From: Candidatus Adlerbacteria bacterium | GTDB lineage: Bacteria; Patescibacteriota; Minisyncoccia; Phycocordibacterales; SBAW01 | Length of the DNA stretch: 64,000 nt | Assembly: GCA_963749085.1 (NCBI GenBank) | Contig: CAVVLG010000002.1 | Span: 83,178-147,177 of the forward strand | Direction: 5' to 3' | Part shown: positions 37,555-46,436 of the stretch, piece by piece | Position numbering within the stretch: position 1 is the stretch's first letter | Layout: each line of letters starts with the position of its first letter | Notes under the pieces: model-generated | Databases searched by the model: none | What the model was told of the DNA's origin: nothing | Seen by the model: only the letters and a program-made list of their open reading frames with translations | Translations under genes and position numbers: made by a program

Positions 37555-39429
37555 ATGGAGAAAAAAAAGCCTGAAATTCAGGGGCAAAAGTCCCTGATAC
37601 AAATTTATATTGAGCACACGCTGCGGTATCCGTGGCTTTTTGCGCTAATGATCTTCGCCACCATAGGGATGCAGGCCGCTTCCTTGGCCTCGCCGCTCTA
37701 CCTCCGGGAGTTCTTCAATGATCTCGCCCTGAGCTCGCCCAGTGCGGCGATAGTAGAGCAACTGGTCTTCATCATCGTGATCATCGGCCTCCTTTCGTTT
37801 CTTAACTGGGTGATGAATCGGCTCCAGACGTACAGTCTCAACTATGTGGAATCGCGCGTCATAAGCGACCTCATGGCTTCCGCCTTTCAGTATCTGATAG
37901 GACACTCCTATAATTTCTTCATTTCGAACTTCGCTGGCACTCTTACCCATCGCGTGAGCCGCTTCGCCAAGGGCTATGAAAACATCCTCGACAGCATTAT
38001 GCTGCAGTTTTTTCCCGCGGCGCTCTTCGTCGGCGGTGCCATCATTATCCTCTCTCTGCGCAACCTCGTGCTCGGCCTTATCTTGGGCGCATGGGTGGTC
38101 GTCTTTTTGGCATTTCAAATTTGGATAGCGCGCAAGCGTCAGCCTATTCGCGCGTCTCGCGCTGCAGAAGAAAGCAAGACCACCGGTATGCTTGCAGATG
38201 CAGTCGGCAACCAGCTCAATATCGCGCTCTTCTCGGGCTCTTCGTTTGAGAATACCCGATTCGGCAGCGCGGTGGAGAGCCTGCGCGCAGCCACCATACG
38301 CTCCTGGAGGGCCGATGAATATACCTGGGCCGCGCAAAGCTTCCTCATGATATTCATAAATGTGGCGCTTCTCTACGGCGCGCTTCATTACTGGCAGCAG
38401 GGCATGCTCACGATAGGCGATTTCGTGCTTATTCAGTCATATCTCCTGAGCGCTTTCAACCAGCTGTTGGGCATCAACTGGCAATTGCGCCGGTTCTACG
38501 ATGTATATGCCGACGCAAAAGAAATGGTCACCATACTCAACGAGCCGCACGAAGTGGCCGATCTGCCGGATGCGCTGCCGCTTGTCGTGACCAAAGGATT
38601 GATTGAGTTCAAGGATGTGTCCTTCACCTTCAATAAAGAACGGGCGGTGCTTGAGCACTTCTCCTTGCGGGTGGATGCCGGAGAGAAAGTGGCCCTCGTG
38701 GGACCCTCAGGAGCGGGCAAGTCGACGCTTACGAAGCTTCTACTGCGCCTCTACGACGTGCAAGGCGGCACCATTGCGATAGACGGACAGAACATAGCCG
38801 CAGTGACTCAGGACTCGCTGCGAGATGCTATTGCCTTCGTTCCTCAAGAGCCAATACTGTTTCACCGCACCCTCATGGAGAACATTCGGTATGGGCGCCG
38901 AGGGGCAACAGACAAGGAAGTCATAGAAGCCGCCACGCAAGCCCATTGTCATGAATTCATTTCAGCCTTGCCTGAAGGCTACAACACGTTTGTGGGCGAG
39001 CGGGGCATCAAACTTTCGGGCGGCGAGCGCCAGCGCGTCGCTATCGCCCGCGCGATACTCAAAAACGCTCCCATACTGCTCCTTGATGAAGCGACATCCT
39101 CTCTTGATTCGGAATCCGAAGCGCTTATCCAAGATGCGCTCACACATCTGATGCGACAGAAAACCGTTATGGTGATTGCGCACCGCCTCAGCACCATCAT
39201 GAGAATGGATAGGATCATTGTCCTTGAGCACGGCACCATCGTTGCGCAAGGCACGCATGCGGAGCTTCTCCAAAAAGGGGGTCTCTACCACAAACTCTGG
39301 AGCATCCAGGCGGGAGGCTTTCTGGTTGATCCGGAGGAATTGGCCGAGGAATCCGTGGGGCTTGAGGAGGAAGAGGAGGAAGACACCAAAGACTTGCCGA
39401 AGGTGGTGAAGACGGGTAAAATCGAATAA
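37555..39429 (+). CDS. ABC exporter, fused permease/ATPase (MsbA/MdlB-like)
   Basis: 6-TM domain, [24 protein letters not shown]; acidic tail. Confidence 0.95.
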   Translation: MEKKKPEIQGQKSLIQIYIEHTLRYPWLFALMIFATIGMQAASLASPLYLREFFNDLALSSPSAAIVEQLVFIIVIIGLLSFLNWVMNRLQTYSLNYVESRVISDLMASAFQYLIGHSYNFFISNFAGTLTHRVSRFAKGYENILDSIMLQFFPAALFVGGAIIILSLRNLVLGLILGAWVVVFLAFQIWIARKRQPIRASRAAEESKTTGMLADAVGNQLNIALFSGSSFENTRFGSAVESLRAATIRSWRADEYTWAAQSFLMIFINVALLYGALHYWQQGMLTIGDFVLIQSYLLSAFNQLLGINWQLRRFYDVYADAKEMVTILNEPHEVADLPDALPLVVTKGLIEFKDVSFTFNKERAVLEHFSLRVDAGEKVALVGPSGAGKSTLTKLLLRLYDVQGGTIAIDGQNIAAVTQDSLRDAIAFVPQEPILFHRTLMENIRYGRRGATDKEVIEAATQAHCHEFISALPEGYNTFVGERGIKLSGGERQRVAIARAILKNAPILLLDEATSSLDSESEALIQDALTHLMRQKTVMVIAHRLSTIMRMDRIIVLEHGTIVAQGTHAELLQKGGLYHKLWSIQAGGFLVDPEELAEESVGLEEEEEEDTKDLPKVVKTGKIE

Positions 39430-39434
39430 TCAGT

Positions 39435-40511
39435 ATGGCTAACAAACTCAATTACTACGAACTGCTCGGAGTCGATAAAAAGGCATCCAAGGATGATATC
39501 AAAAAAGCATTTCACAAACTCGCTCATAAATATCACCCGGATAAAAAAGAGGGCGACGCCGACAAATTCAAACAAGTAAGCGAAGCATACTCGGTACTCT
39601 CCGACGACAAAAAACGCGCCGAATATGACTCCTATGGTCGCGTCTTCAGCGAAGGAGCGGGCGCTGGGGCTTCGGGTGGCGCTGATTTTGATTTTTCGCA
39701 ATTCCAGGATGCGTTTTCGCAAGGTGGATTTGATTTTGGCGACATGTTCGGCGACCTCTTTACCGGCGGTATGGGGGGCACCCGCCAGAGACGCGGTCGC
39801 GACATCTCCATTGACCTTGAGATATCGTTCAAAGAATCAGTGTTCGGCACCAAGCGCACGGTCCTCTTGGCTAAGACGGCGCAGTGCGAAACGTGCCACG
39901 GCAGCGGCGCTGAGCCGGGTACGTCTCTGGAGACCTGCAAACAGTGCAATGGGACCGGCAAAGTCCACGAGACGAACAACTCGTTCTTCGGACAGATAAC
40001 GATGGTGACGGAGTGCCGGCAGTGCCACGGCACGGGCAAGATTCCAAAGGAGAAATGTCATACATGCCGCGGCGAGGGCGTCTATCGCAAACAAGAGGAG
40101 GTGGCGGTCATGGTGCCCTCGGGCATCGAGGGAGGGGAGATGATACGGCTCACCGGCATAGGCGAGGCGGTTCAAAACGGCCAACCGGGGGATTTGTATG
40201 TCAAAGTCCATGTGGAGAGGGACTCGCGCTTTAAAAAGGACGGTGCCAATGTGGTCACGGAGCTATCGATAAAACTATCGGACGCGCTCTTGGGGAGCGA
40301 GTATACCATACAGACGCTCGACGGCGAGGAGCTGCTTCCTATTCCGGCTGGCATTTCGCACGGCGAGGTACTCAAAGTGAAGGGTCGCGGCGTGCCTATG
40401 GGCCGGGGCAAGCGGGGCGATCTGTTTGTGAGAATCAAAATAACACTGCCACAAAAACTATCCCGCAGCGCCCGCGCACTCATCGAGAAGCTCAAGGAAG
40501 AAGGGGTATAG
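39435..40511 (+). CDS. dnaJ: chaperone DnaJ
   Basis: HPD J-domain, G/F region, four CxxCxGxG motifs. Confidence 0.98.
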   Translation: MANKLNYYELLGVDKKASKDDIKKAFHKLAHKYHPDKKEGDADKFKQVSEAYSVLSDDKKRAEYDSYGRVFSEGAGAGASGGADFDFSQFQDAFSQGGFDFGDMFGDLFTGGMGGTRQRRGRDISIDLEISFKESVFGTKRTVLLAKTAQCETCHGSGAEPGTSLETCKQCNGTGKVHETNNSFFGQITMVTECRQCHGTGKIPKEKCHTCRGEGVYRKQEEVAVMVPSGIEGGEMIRLTGIGEAVQNGQPGDLYVKVHVERDSRFKKDGANVVTELSIKLSDALLGSEYTIQTLDGEELLPIPAGISHGEVLKVKGRGVPMGRGKRGDLFVRIKITLPQKLSRSARALIEKLKEEGV

Positions 40512-40520
40512 CCAATAAGG

Positions 40521-40550
40521 TAAAGACCGCATGCTCGATGCGGTCTTTTA
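40521..40550. terminator. bidirectional terminator
   Basis: AAAGACCGCAT-GCTCG-ATGCGGTCTTT between convergent genes. Confidence 0.8.
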
Positions 40551-40850
40551 GTCGAGATTGTGTTTTTGCAGCACCTCCTCTACTTTTGCTTCAATCTCGT
40601 GCCACGCGTACGCGTTCGCTTTGAGTACCGTTATCTTATAGGGATCGATGTAGATGCTGCATACGCCATCGATGGCAAGAAGATCGCTCGCGAGCCAGCC
40701 ATTTTTAAGCCGGTCCGCAGATAGAGGAATAGCCTGCTCCCAGTCGAGCCGGTCATAGCTGAGCGGCAGGGAAGTGATGAGGCGCTGCCGTACGTGAAAA
40801 CTTGCGAGATGCGGATGCTTGCGGAAGAGCTCAAGTTGAGACATCGGCAT
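40548..40850 (-). CDS. NifU/Nfu N-terminal (scaffold) domain-like protein
   Basis: LA..LL.IDGV.SIY....ITVLK....W.EI...V.EVL pattern; AGAAAGG SD; the start may be 40844. Confidence 0.7.
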   Translation of the reverse strand: MPMSQLELFRKHPHLASFHVRQRLITSLPLSYDRLDWEQAIPLSADRLKNGWLASDLLAIDGVCSIYIDPYKITVLKANAYAWHEIEAKVEEVLQKHNLD

Positions 40851-40916
40851 TCCTTTCTATGAGAAATCGTCCGACCTCAGTATAGCGAATAGGATTTTTT
40901 CTGCTATGCTGTCTTC

Positions 40917-41861
40917 ATGGTAGAGAAACGGCGCATTTTTACTGGTTTGAAACCAAGTGGCCAATTACATATTGGCAATTATTTTGGCGCGCTCTTGCCC
41001 ATGGTGGAAATGTTCAGGGATCACGAAGGACTCATCATGATTGCCGACTATCATGCAATGACGACTTTGAAAGATCCGAAGGCCATGCACGATAACATCC
41101 TTTCAATAGCTAAAGATTACCTGGCTGCGGGTATTAATCTTGAGAACGCCACCATGTTCAAACAGTCCGACATTCCAGAACATACTGAACTCGCGTGGAT
41201 ATTTGAGTGCCTCGTTAGTGTGCCGTTCTTGATGCAAGCGCATGCCTATAAGGACGCAATGGCGAAGGGTTTGGATGCCAACGCCGGGCTCTTTAATTAC
41301 CCCATGCTTATGGCAGCGGATATTCTGCTCTATGACACCGACGTGGTGCCGGTAGGGCAGGACCAGCGTCAACACATCGAGTACGCACGCGAGGCAGCCT
41401 CGAAGTTCAATCTCGCTTTTGGGCAGACGTTTAAAGAGCCTGAGGAGTTGATACAAACGCAAGTGGCTGTTGTGCCCGGAACCGATGGGCAGAAGATGAG
41501 CAAGAGCTATGGCAATATCATTCCGCTCTTTGGCACAAAAGACGAAATAACCAAAGCAGTTATGAGCATCGTGACCGACTCCTCCGGGGATAGACCGGCA
41601 AATGTCTATGCCATTCACGCACTATTTAAGTCGAGACCGGAGCTTGAAAGTCTCTACGCAGCCAATAAGGGCAACTACAAACTGCTCAAAGAAGCTCTTA
41701 TCGAGGACATTGAAGCGTCTGTCTCTCCCTTGCGAGCAAAGCGCGACATGATTTCAAACGATGACGTAAAAAGAACTCTGGCAGAAGGGGGGAAGAAAGC
41801 TCGAACGCAGGCCGAGGCGAAAATGAAAGAAGTACGGGAGAAAATAGGGGTAGCGCTTTAA
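40917..41861 (+). CDS. trpS: tryptophan--tRNA ligase
   Basis: PSGQLHIGNY, YPMLMAADIL, VPVGQDQ, KMSKS. Confidence 0.98.
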   Translation: MVEKRRIFTGLKPSGQLHIGNYFGALLPMVEMFRDHEGLIMIADYHAMTTLKDPKAMHDNILSIAKDYLAAGINLENATMFKQSDIPEHTELAWIFECLVSVPFLMQAHAYKDAMAKGLDANAGLFNYPMLMAADILLYDTDVVPVGQDQRQHIEYAREAASKFNLAFGQTFKEPEELIQTQVAVVPGTDGQKMSKSYGNIIPLFGTKDEITKAVMSIVTDSSGDRPANVYAIHALFKSRPELESLYAANKGNYKLLKEALIEDIEASVSPLRAKRDMISNDDVKRTLAEGGKKARTQAEAKMKEVREKIGVAL

Positions 41862-41865
41862 TGCT

Positions 41866-43188
41866 ATGGAGAGGACTTTAATCGCGGATTTACATACAAA
41901 GATCGGAGGGCAGGCCTTGATACAAGGCTCAGTTTCGGTTCGACGCGATCAAGGCAAGATGGTGTTTTTCGACTTTCGCGATAGGTCAGGAAGCGTGCAG
42001 GGCGTGGCGCTTCCCTCCGAGGAGCTTGCCATGGCAGTTGCTAAAGAAGTTCGCGCTGAGTACGTCGTTACTGCCTCAGGGGTGGTTAACAAGCGCCCGG
42101 AGAAGAATGTGAATGAAGGCACTCTCAACGGCAACCTGGAACTCCACGTGCAGGCGCTTGAAATACTCTCCAAAGCTGAAATCCCGTTTGAGCTCGGCGC
42201 GGAACTCAATCTCGACACGTATCTCGACAATCTGCCCTTTACGCTGCGCAGCCAGCGTTCAAAGGACATCTTCACCGTCCAGTCTGAGATTATTGAAGCG
42301 TTCCGCGAAGCCCTGTGGGAGGAAGACTTTATGGAGTTTCAGGCTCCGGCCATAGTCGGGGGAGACGCTGAAGGCGGCGCTGCAGCGTTTAAGGTTGACT
42401 ACTATTATGATCAGAAGGCTTTCCTCGCCACCTCACCGCAGTTGTATAAGCAGATCATGACGGGGGTGTTTGAGCGGGTGTTCACGACACCAAAAATCTT
42501 CCGCGGGGAGAAACACTCCACGTCGCGGCACTTAAGTGAGCTCACCCAGATGGACTTCGAGATGGCGTTTATCAAAGACCACCACGACGTGATGGATATG
42601 CTCGAGCACGTCATGAAGCACATTGTCGCCAAGGTGATAGAGAAGCACGGCGATATTTTGCAAAGCATGAGCATTGAAGCGCCACTTCTGCCGAAAAAAT
42701 TTCCTTCGATAAAACTACGTAAGGCGCAGGAGATACTAGGCGCCGCCAAAGAGCCCGACCTTGATCCAGAGCAGGAGCGGGAGTTGTGGGAGTGGGCCAA
42801 ACGGGAGCATCAGTCCGACTTTGTGTTCGTGACGCATTTTCCGATAGAAAAACGTCCCTTTTATACCTACGAAGATGAAGATGACCAAGGTTACACCAAG
42901 TACTTTGACCTCTTATTCAGGGGGTTGGAAATAAACAGCGGGGGACAGCGAGTCCACAATTATGAAGAGCTGGTTGAGCGCATTAATGCTAAAGGACTTG
43001 ATCCGGCGAAATTCTCCTTCTATTTGCAGGCATTCAAAACGGGCATGCCACCTCATGGGGGATGTTCCACAGGACTTGAGCGCCTTACCGCAAAAATGTT
43101 GAATCTGCCGAACGTAAAAGAGGCGGCTCTCTTTCCACGGGACTTAAATCGTATAGATACGTTGCTGTCGAGTGATAAGAAAGACTAG
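41866..43188 (+). CDS. aspS: aspartate--tRNA ligase, short archaeal-type (no GAD insert; possibly non-discriminating)
   Basis: OB fold FFDFRD, SPQLYKQ, FRGEK..TSRHL, SGGQR, GMPPHGG...GLER, FPRD; 440 aa. Confidence 0.93.
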   Translation: MERTLIADLHTKIGGQALIQGSVSVRRDQGKMVFFDFRDRSGSVQGVALPSEELAMAVAKEVRAEYVVTASGVVNKRPEKNVNEGTLNGNLELHVQALEILSKAEIPFELGAELNLDTYLDNLPFTLRSQRSKDIFTVQSEIIEAFREALWEEDFMEFQAPAIVGGDAEGGAAAFKVDYYYDQKAFLATSPQLYKQIMTGVFERVFTTPKIFRGEKHSTSRHLSELTQMDFEMAFIKDHHDVMDMLEHVMKHIVAKVIEKHGDILQSMSIEAPLLPKKFPSIKLRKAQEILGAAKEPDLDPEQERELWEWAKREHQSDFVFVTHFPIEKRPFYTYEDEDDQGYTKYFDLLFRGLEINSGGQRVHNYEELVERINAKGLDPAKFSFYLQAFKTGMPPHGGCSTGLERLTAKMLNLPNVKEAALFPRDLNRIDTLLSSDKKD

Positions 43189-43211
43189 TTCGATTCCTAG
43201 ACACCCAGCCA
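43185..43211 (+). other. tRNA 3'-end remnant (tRNA-Gln-like), att-like scar
   Basis: CTAG-TTCGATT-CCTAG-ACACCCA-G-CCA corresponds to T arm, acceptor strand and GCCA; no 5' half. Confidence 0.6.
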
Positions 43212-43288
43212 TTGACAGCTAGCACGATTCGCGTTGTTTTATGCTAGCTCAGGATACTTTGTAATATGAAGATATAATCTCTAAATCA

Positions 43289-43645
43289 ATGGATAAGAAA
43301 GTTATCTTTATTGGACACCCGATCAGTGGGGACATTGAAGGCAACGTACGTAAAGTACTTGCCATATGTGAACAGATCCACAAGAGCGGTTATATACCGC
43401 TGGTGCCCTATCTTGTATCTTTGCAGTATTTGAATGACGCAGTCACAGAAGATCGCGAACTTGGTATCGAAGTCAATCACGAGTGTTTCCGCAGACGTTT
43501 TGTGGACGAACTCTGGCTTTATGGAGAGCACATTTCTAAAGGTATGATCGGGGAAATAGAGCTTGCTAAAGAGCTTGGTATCCCAATTGTGCCAAAGACT
43601 GAGGGAACAAAACACGCCTTAAAAGAGCTTGAGCGGAATGTCTAG
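43289..43645 (+). CDS. DUF4406/nucleoside 2-deoxyribosyltransferase-like protein
   Basis: IFIGHPISGD...N, DELWLYG..ISKGM..EIELAKELGIPIV. Confidence 0.75.
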   Translation: MDKKVIFIGHPISGDIEGNVRKVLAICEQIHKSGYIPLVPYLVSLQYLNDAVTEDRELGIEVNHECFRRRFVDELWLYGEHISKGMIGEIELAKELGIPIVPKTEGTKHALKELERNV

Positions 43646-43658
43646 CCCTATTACCTGG

Positions 43659-44126
43659 CTACTTGTACATTGTTACATCAGACATTTTGCCAGCGTTATC
43701 ATAAAACAAAGCAAAGTGTACCCGGCTGATGTCCGACGAACTTGTCCGCTGTAGTGCTTCGTAAACCAATTCACCCTGACGATAAGAGTTGAGATAGGGG
43801 ATGAATCGTAAACGGGTATACTGGCGACTCTCTGCGACTCGCGTGATGCAATTACCCGCTTCATCGAGCAAAAGACAACCGCCCCAATTTTTGATTCCAC
43901 CGAGCCAGAAGGGAACGTAAAACGGGGCGTAGAGGAAAATATCCACCAGGTTAGGAAGAGGTATGACCCTATTCAAGAACGCGAAATCGATGCGCTGCAC
44001 ACTCGTTCTCATCCTGTCTGGTTGAGTGCGCACCAGATTTCTGTACTTCCCTCTAATGAAGGGGAAGTCCTTTAGAAACAGCTCGTTCTTCCTTTGTTGT
44101 ACCAAGTCATGATTTACGTCTGTCAT
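43659..44126 (-). CDS. hypothetical protein (155 aa)
   Basis: AGAAAGG SD, structured leader; no family recognised. Confidence 0.6.
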   Translation of the reverse strand: MTDVNHDLVQQRKNELFLKDFPFIRGKYRNLVRTQPDRMRTSVQRIDFAFLNRVIPLPNLVDIFLYAPFYVPFWLGGIKNWGGCLLLDEAGNCITRVAESRQYTRLRFIPYLNSYRQGELVYEALQRTSSSDISRVHFALFYDNAGKMSDVTMYK

Positions 44127-44139
44127 GACACACCTTTCT

Positions 44140-44205
44140 GCGGCGTCCCGCCGCTACTATGAGATAGCGTCCCGCTACCTCCACCATTGGCTTCCCGCCA
44201 ACGGT
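44140..44205 (-). repeat. three tandem hairpins sharing a GC-GGGA(A/C)-GC core
   Basis: Minus strand: ACCGTTGGC-GGGAA-GCCAATGGT, GTAGC-GGGAC-GCTAT, GCGGC-GGGAC-GCCGC. Confidence 0.8.
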
Positions 44206-44279
44206 TTCCGAGTTGTTTCTACCACAAGGAAGTGTATCGGGTCAAGTAATTGCCCTACAGAGGGCTTCCACTTCTTCAT

Positions 44280-44308
44280 TTGCACTTTACCCAGCTATGG
44301 TATACACT
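44280..44308 (+). promoter_or_regulatory. putative sigma70 promoter convergent on mazF
   Basis: TTGCAC-17 nt-TACACT. Confidence 0.5.
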
Positions 44309-44314
44309 GCATCT

Positions 44315-44365
44315 ACAAACGGCTTCGGCCTGCCCCCCGCCAGAGATGGCGGGGGGAAAACATTT
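44315..44365 (+). ncRNA. candidate structured small RNA (UUCG plus GNRA hairpins) facing the mazF 3' end
   Basis: GGC-TTCG-GCC and CCCCCCGCCA-GAGA-TGGCGGGGGG start just after the predicted promoter; the extent is unknown. Confidence 0.4.
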
Positions 44366-44769
44366 TACAGGTCTAAGTTAGGGAAACAGGCACTGACTAC
44401 TGCCTTGGTCAGAGCATTAAAAGTGTCCTGGTCCATCGTGGCGATTTTCATGGCTAATCGCTTGCGGTCAACAAAACGAATCTGCGAAAGCACCGCGACC
44501 GCGTCGCGTCCGGAGACATCGCCGACCGAGAAATAGTATTTGCCTTTTTTTGGCTTGGCAGTAAGCGGCACAATCAAACATGCATCAAGATTGAACTTGG
44601 AGAGTATGACCACAGGACGCGTGAATAGCTCACTACTACCATCTTGCTCGTAGCCGATGTTTGCGCCAAGTGCGCACCACCACACCTCGCGCTCATGGAA
44701 CAAAGCAGTACCTTCCACCTCATTGAGCTGTTCCTTCTTGCTATGCCACTTCCAAAAATCTTTTTTCAT
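44365..44769 (-). CDS. PemK/MazF-family endoribonuclease toxin, no adjacent antitoxin ORF
   Basis: REVWWCALGANIGYEQDG....RPVVILSK...IVPLT...SQIRFVDRKRL; TACAAT 7 nt before MKKDF. Confidence 0.92.
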   Translation of the reverse strand: MKKDFWKWHSKKEQLNEVEGTALFHEREVWWCALGANIGYEQDGSSELFTRPVVILSKFNLDACLIVPLTAKPKKGKYYFSVGDVSGRDAVAVLSQIRFVDRKRLAMKIATMDQDTFNALTKAVVSACFPNLDL

Positions 44770-44874
44770 TTTTGCCATTGTAGCATTACTATCAACGCTT
44801 CTGGTATAAAAAAGGGGTGCAGTCGGCGTATAGATCATCTACCAAGTTCTCACTACGGCAAACCAGGAGTAATC

Positions 44875-46209
44875 ATGAAAAAAGAAAACCTACTCCGCGC
44901 GACCAAGTACCTAGAGTCGTGGGCTGATTTCAATTTCCCTTTTTCAAGGATGCCCGGCCTTGTAATAGCTCTCCAAGAGGGAGACAAGATAGTGTTTCAA
45001 AAAGCGTGGGGAATGGCCAATGTCGAAAGAAAAATCCGCATGCGAACAAATCATCTCTTCCGTATAGCCTCTCACTCAAAGATGTTCACGGCGGTCTCCA
45101 TCATGCAGTTGGTTGAGAAGGGCAAAATACGTCTCAATGAACCGCTCGTCACATATCTCCCGTGGCTCAAAGAAGCGAAGGACAACAGATACCGAAAGAT
45201 CACCGTGCGTCAGGTCATGGAACATGCGGCCGGTATTATCCGGGACGGTCTCGACTCAAACTACTGGGACCTGCAAGCTCCTTTCCCAACGAGGGAGAAA
45301 TTGATAAGGGACTTCAAGTCGACCAAGCTGGTATTCAATCCGAATAAGCAGTTCAAATACTCAAACTACGGTTTTTCTTTGCTCGGACTTTTGATAGAGG
45401 AGGTAAGCGGCATGTCGTACGCAGACTATCTCAAGAAAAATATCTTCACTCCCTTACGTATGCGCAATGCGGGAGCGGATATTGACGGGGTAGATAAGTC
45501 CCGCTTCCCAGTACCTTACTCACGAGAGAATAAAGCACTCAAAAGGTCTCCGTTGAAGAACCCCAGTAGCAGAGGCATGGCCGCGGCCACTGGGGTGTAC
45601 GCCTCCGCGGAGGACCTCTGCAAGTTCACGCGCATCTTCTACACTAAAAACAAGGTCATCTCCGAGAAAAGCATTCGCGAAATCACTCGTATGCACTGGC
45701 ACACCGACAAGAAGGATGCCACTAAACTCTACGGATTAGGATTTGACCGTCGTAAGATAGGCTCGAAGTGGTACGTGGGGCATGGGGGAGGATTCCCTGG
45801 GTTCATAACCCGCACCATGATTGACCGAAAGGATAAAATTACACTCGTGGTCCTTAAAAATTGCCTCTACGGGGCTGATTTCACTGCAAGTACGCTCACT
45901 ATCCTCCAGTTTTTTGAGAACATGAACATATCCTCTTCCACGAAAAAGGCGGACGTATATGAGGGGAGATACGAGAATCTCTGGAGCATACTGGATATCA
46001 TTAATCGTGGAGACAAGTTAATTGCTTTTAGTCCGATTGGTTGGGACACTCCCAAGGACGCGCAGGAACTTAAAAAGATTGGAAAAGATAAGTATCTGAT
46101 TACAAGGGCAGATAGTTTCTTCTCGCCCGGCGAGCTAGTAAAGTTCATGCACAAAAACGGTGCCATTCGGTCGGTTATTTATGCCGGTGCCAAAGCTTCC
46201 AAGGTATGA
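44875..46209 (+). CDS. serine hydrolase, beta-lactamase class C-like family
   Basis: FRIASHSK (SxxK), YSN, HGGG; CAGGAG SD before MKKENL; no signal peptide. Confidence 0.9.
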   Translation: MKKENLLRATKYLESWADFNFPFSRMPGLVIALQEGDKIVFQKAWGMANVERKIRMRTNHLFRIASHSKMFTAVSIMQLVEKGKIRLNEPLVTYLPWLKEAKDNRYRKITVRQVMEHAAGIIRDGLDSNYWDLQAPFPTREKLIRDFKSTKLVFNPNKQFKYSNYGFSLLGLLIEEVSGMSYADYLKKNIFTPLRMRNAGADIDGVDKSRFPVPYSRENKALKRSPLKNPSSRGMAAATGVYASAEDLCKFTRIFYTKNKVISEKSIREITRMHWHTDKKDATKLYGLGFDRRKIGSKWYVGHGGGFPGFITRTMIDRKDKITLVVLKNCLYGADFTASTLTILQFFENMNISSSTKKADVYEGRYENLWSILDIINRGDKLIAFSPIGWDTPKDAQELKKIGKDKYLITRADSFFSPGELVKFMHKNGAIRSVIYAGAKASKV

Positions 46210-46352
46210 AAAATAAAAAGGTCGCCGATTACTACGATAAATTGTATTCCGATGATGAGAAGGCTTTTAGTGGGGAGCCGCTGCTTCTTGTAAAAGTGCT
46301 TACAGAGCAGCTTTCTTCAGGAAGTATTCTGGAGATCGGAGGGTGGGGTTGA
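46206..46352 (+). pseudogene. truncated class I SAM-methyltransferase N-terminus (48 aa)
   Basis: MKNKKVADYYDKLY...GSILEIGGWG* stops inside SAM motif I; ATGA-coupled to the upstream gene. Confidence 0.6.
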
Positions 46353-46436
46353 ATTGAAGACAGAGATTTTGGATATTGCCGAGGGCAGGGTCCAAATATT
46401 GGACAAAATAGAAAATTTTGGTATAGTTTCGGTCTT

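Noticed and set aside
44644-44874. Long N-terminus of the serine hydrolase overlapping mazF
   Set aside because: The SD and family start fit the ATG at 44875; the extension is antisense to mazF.
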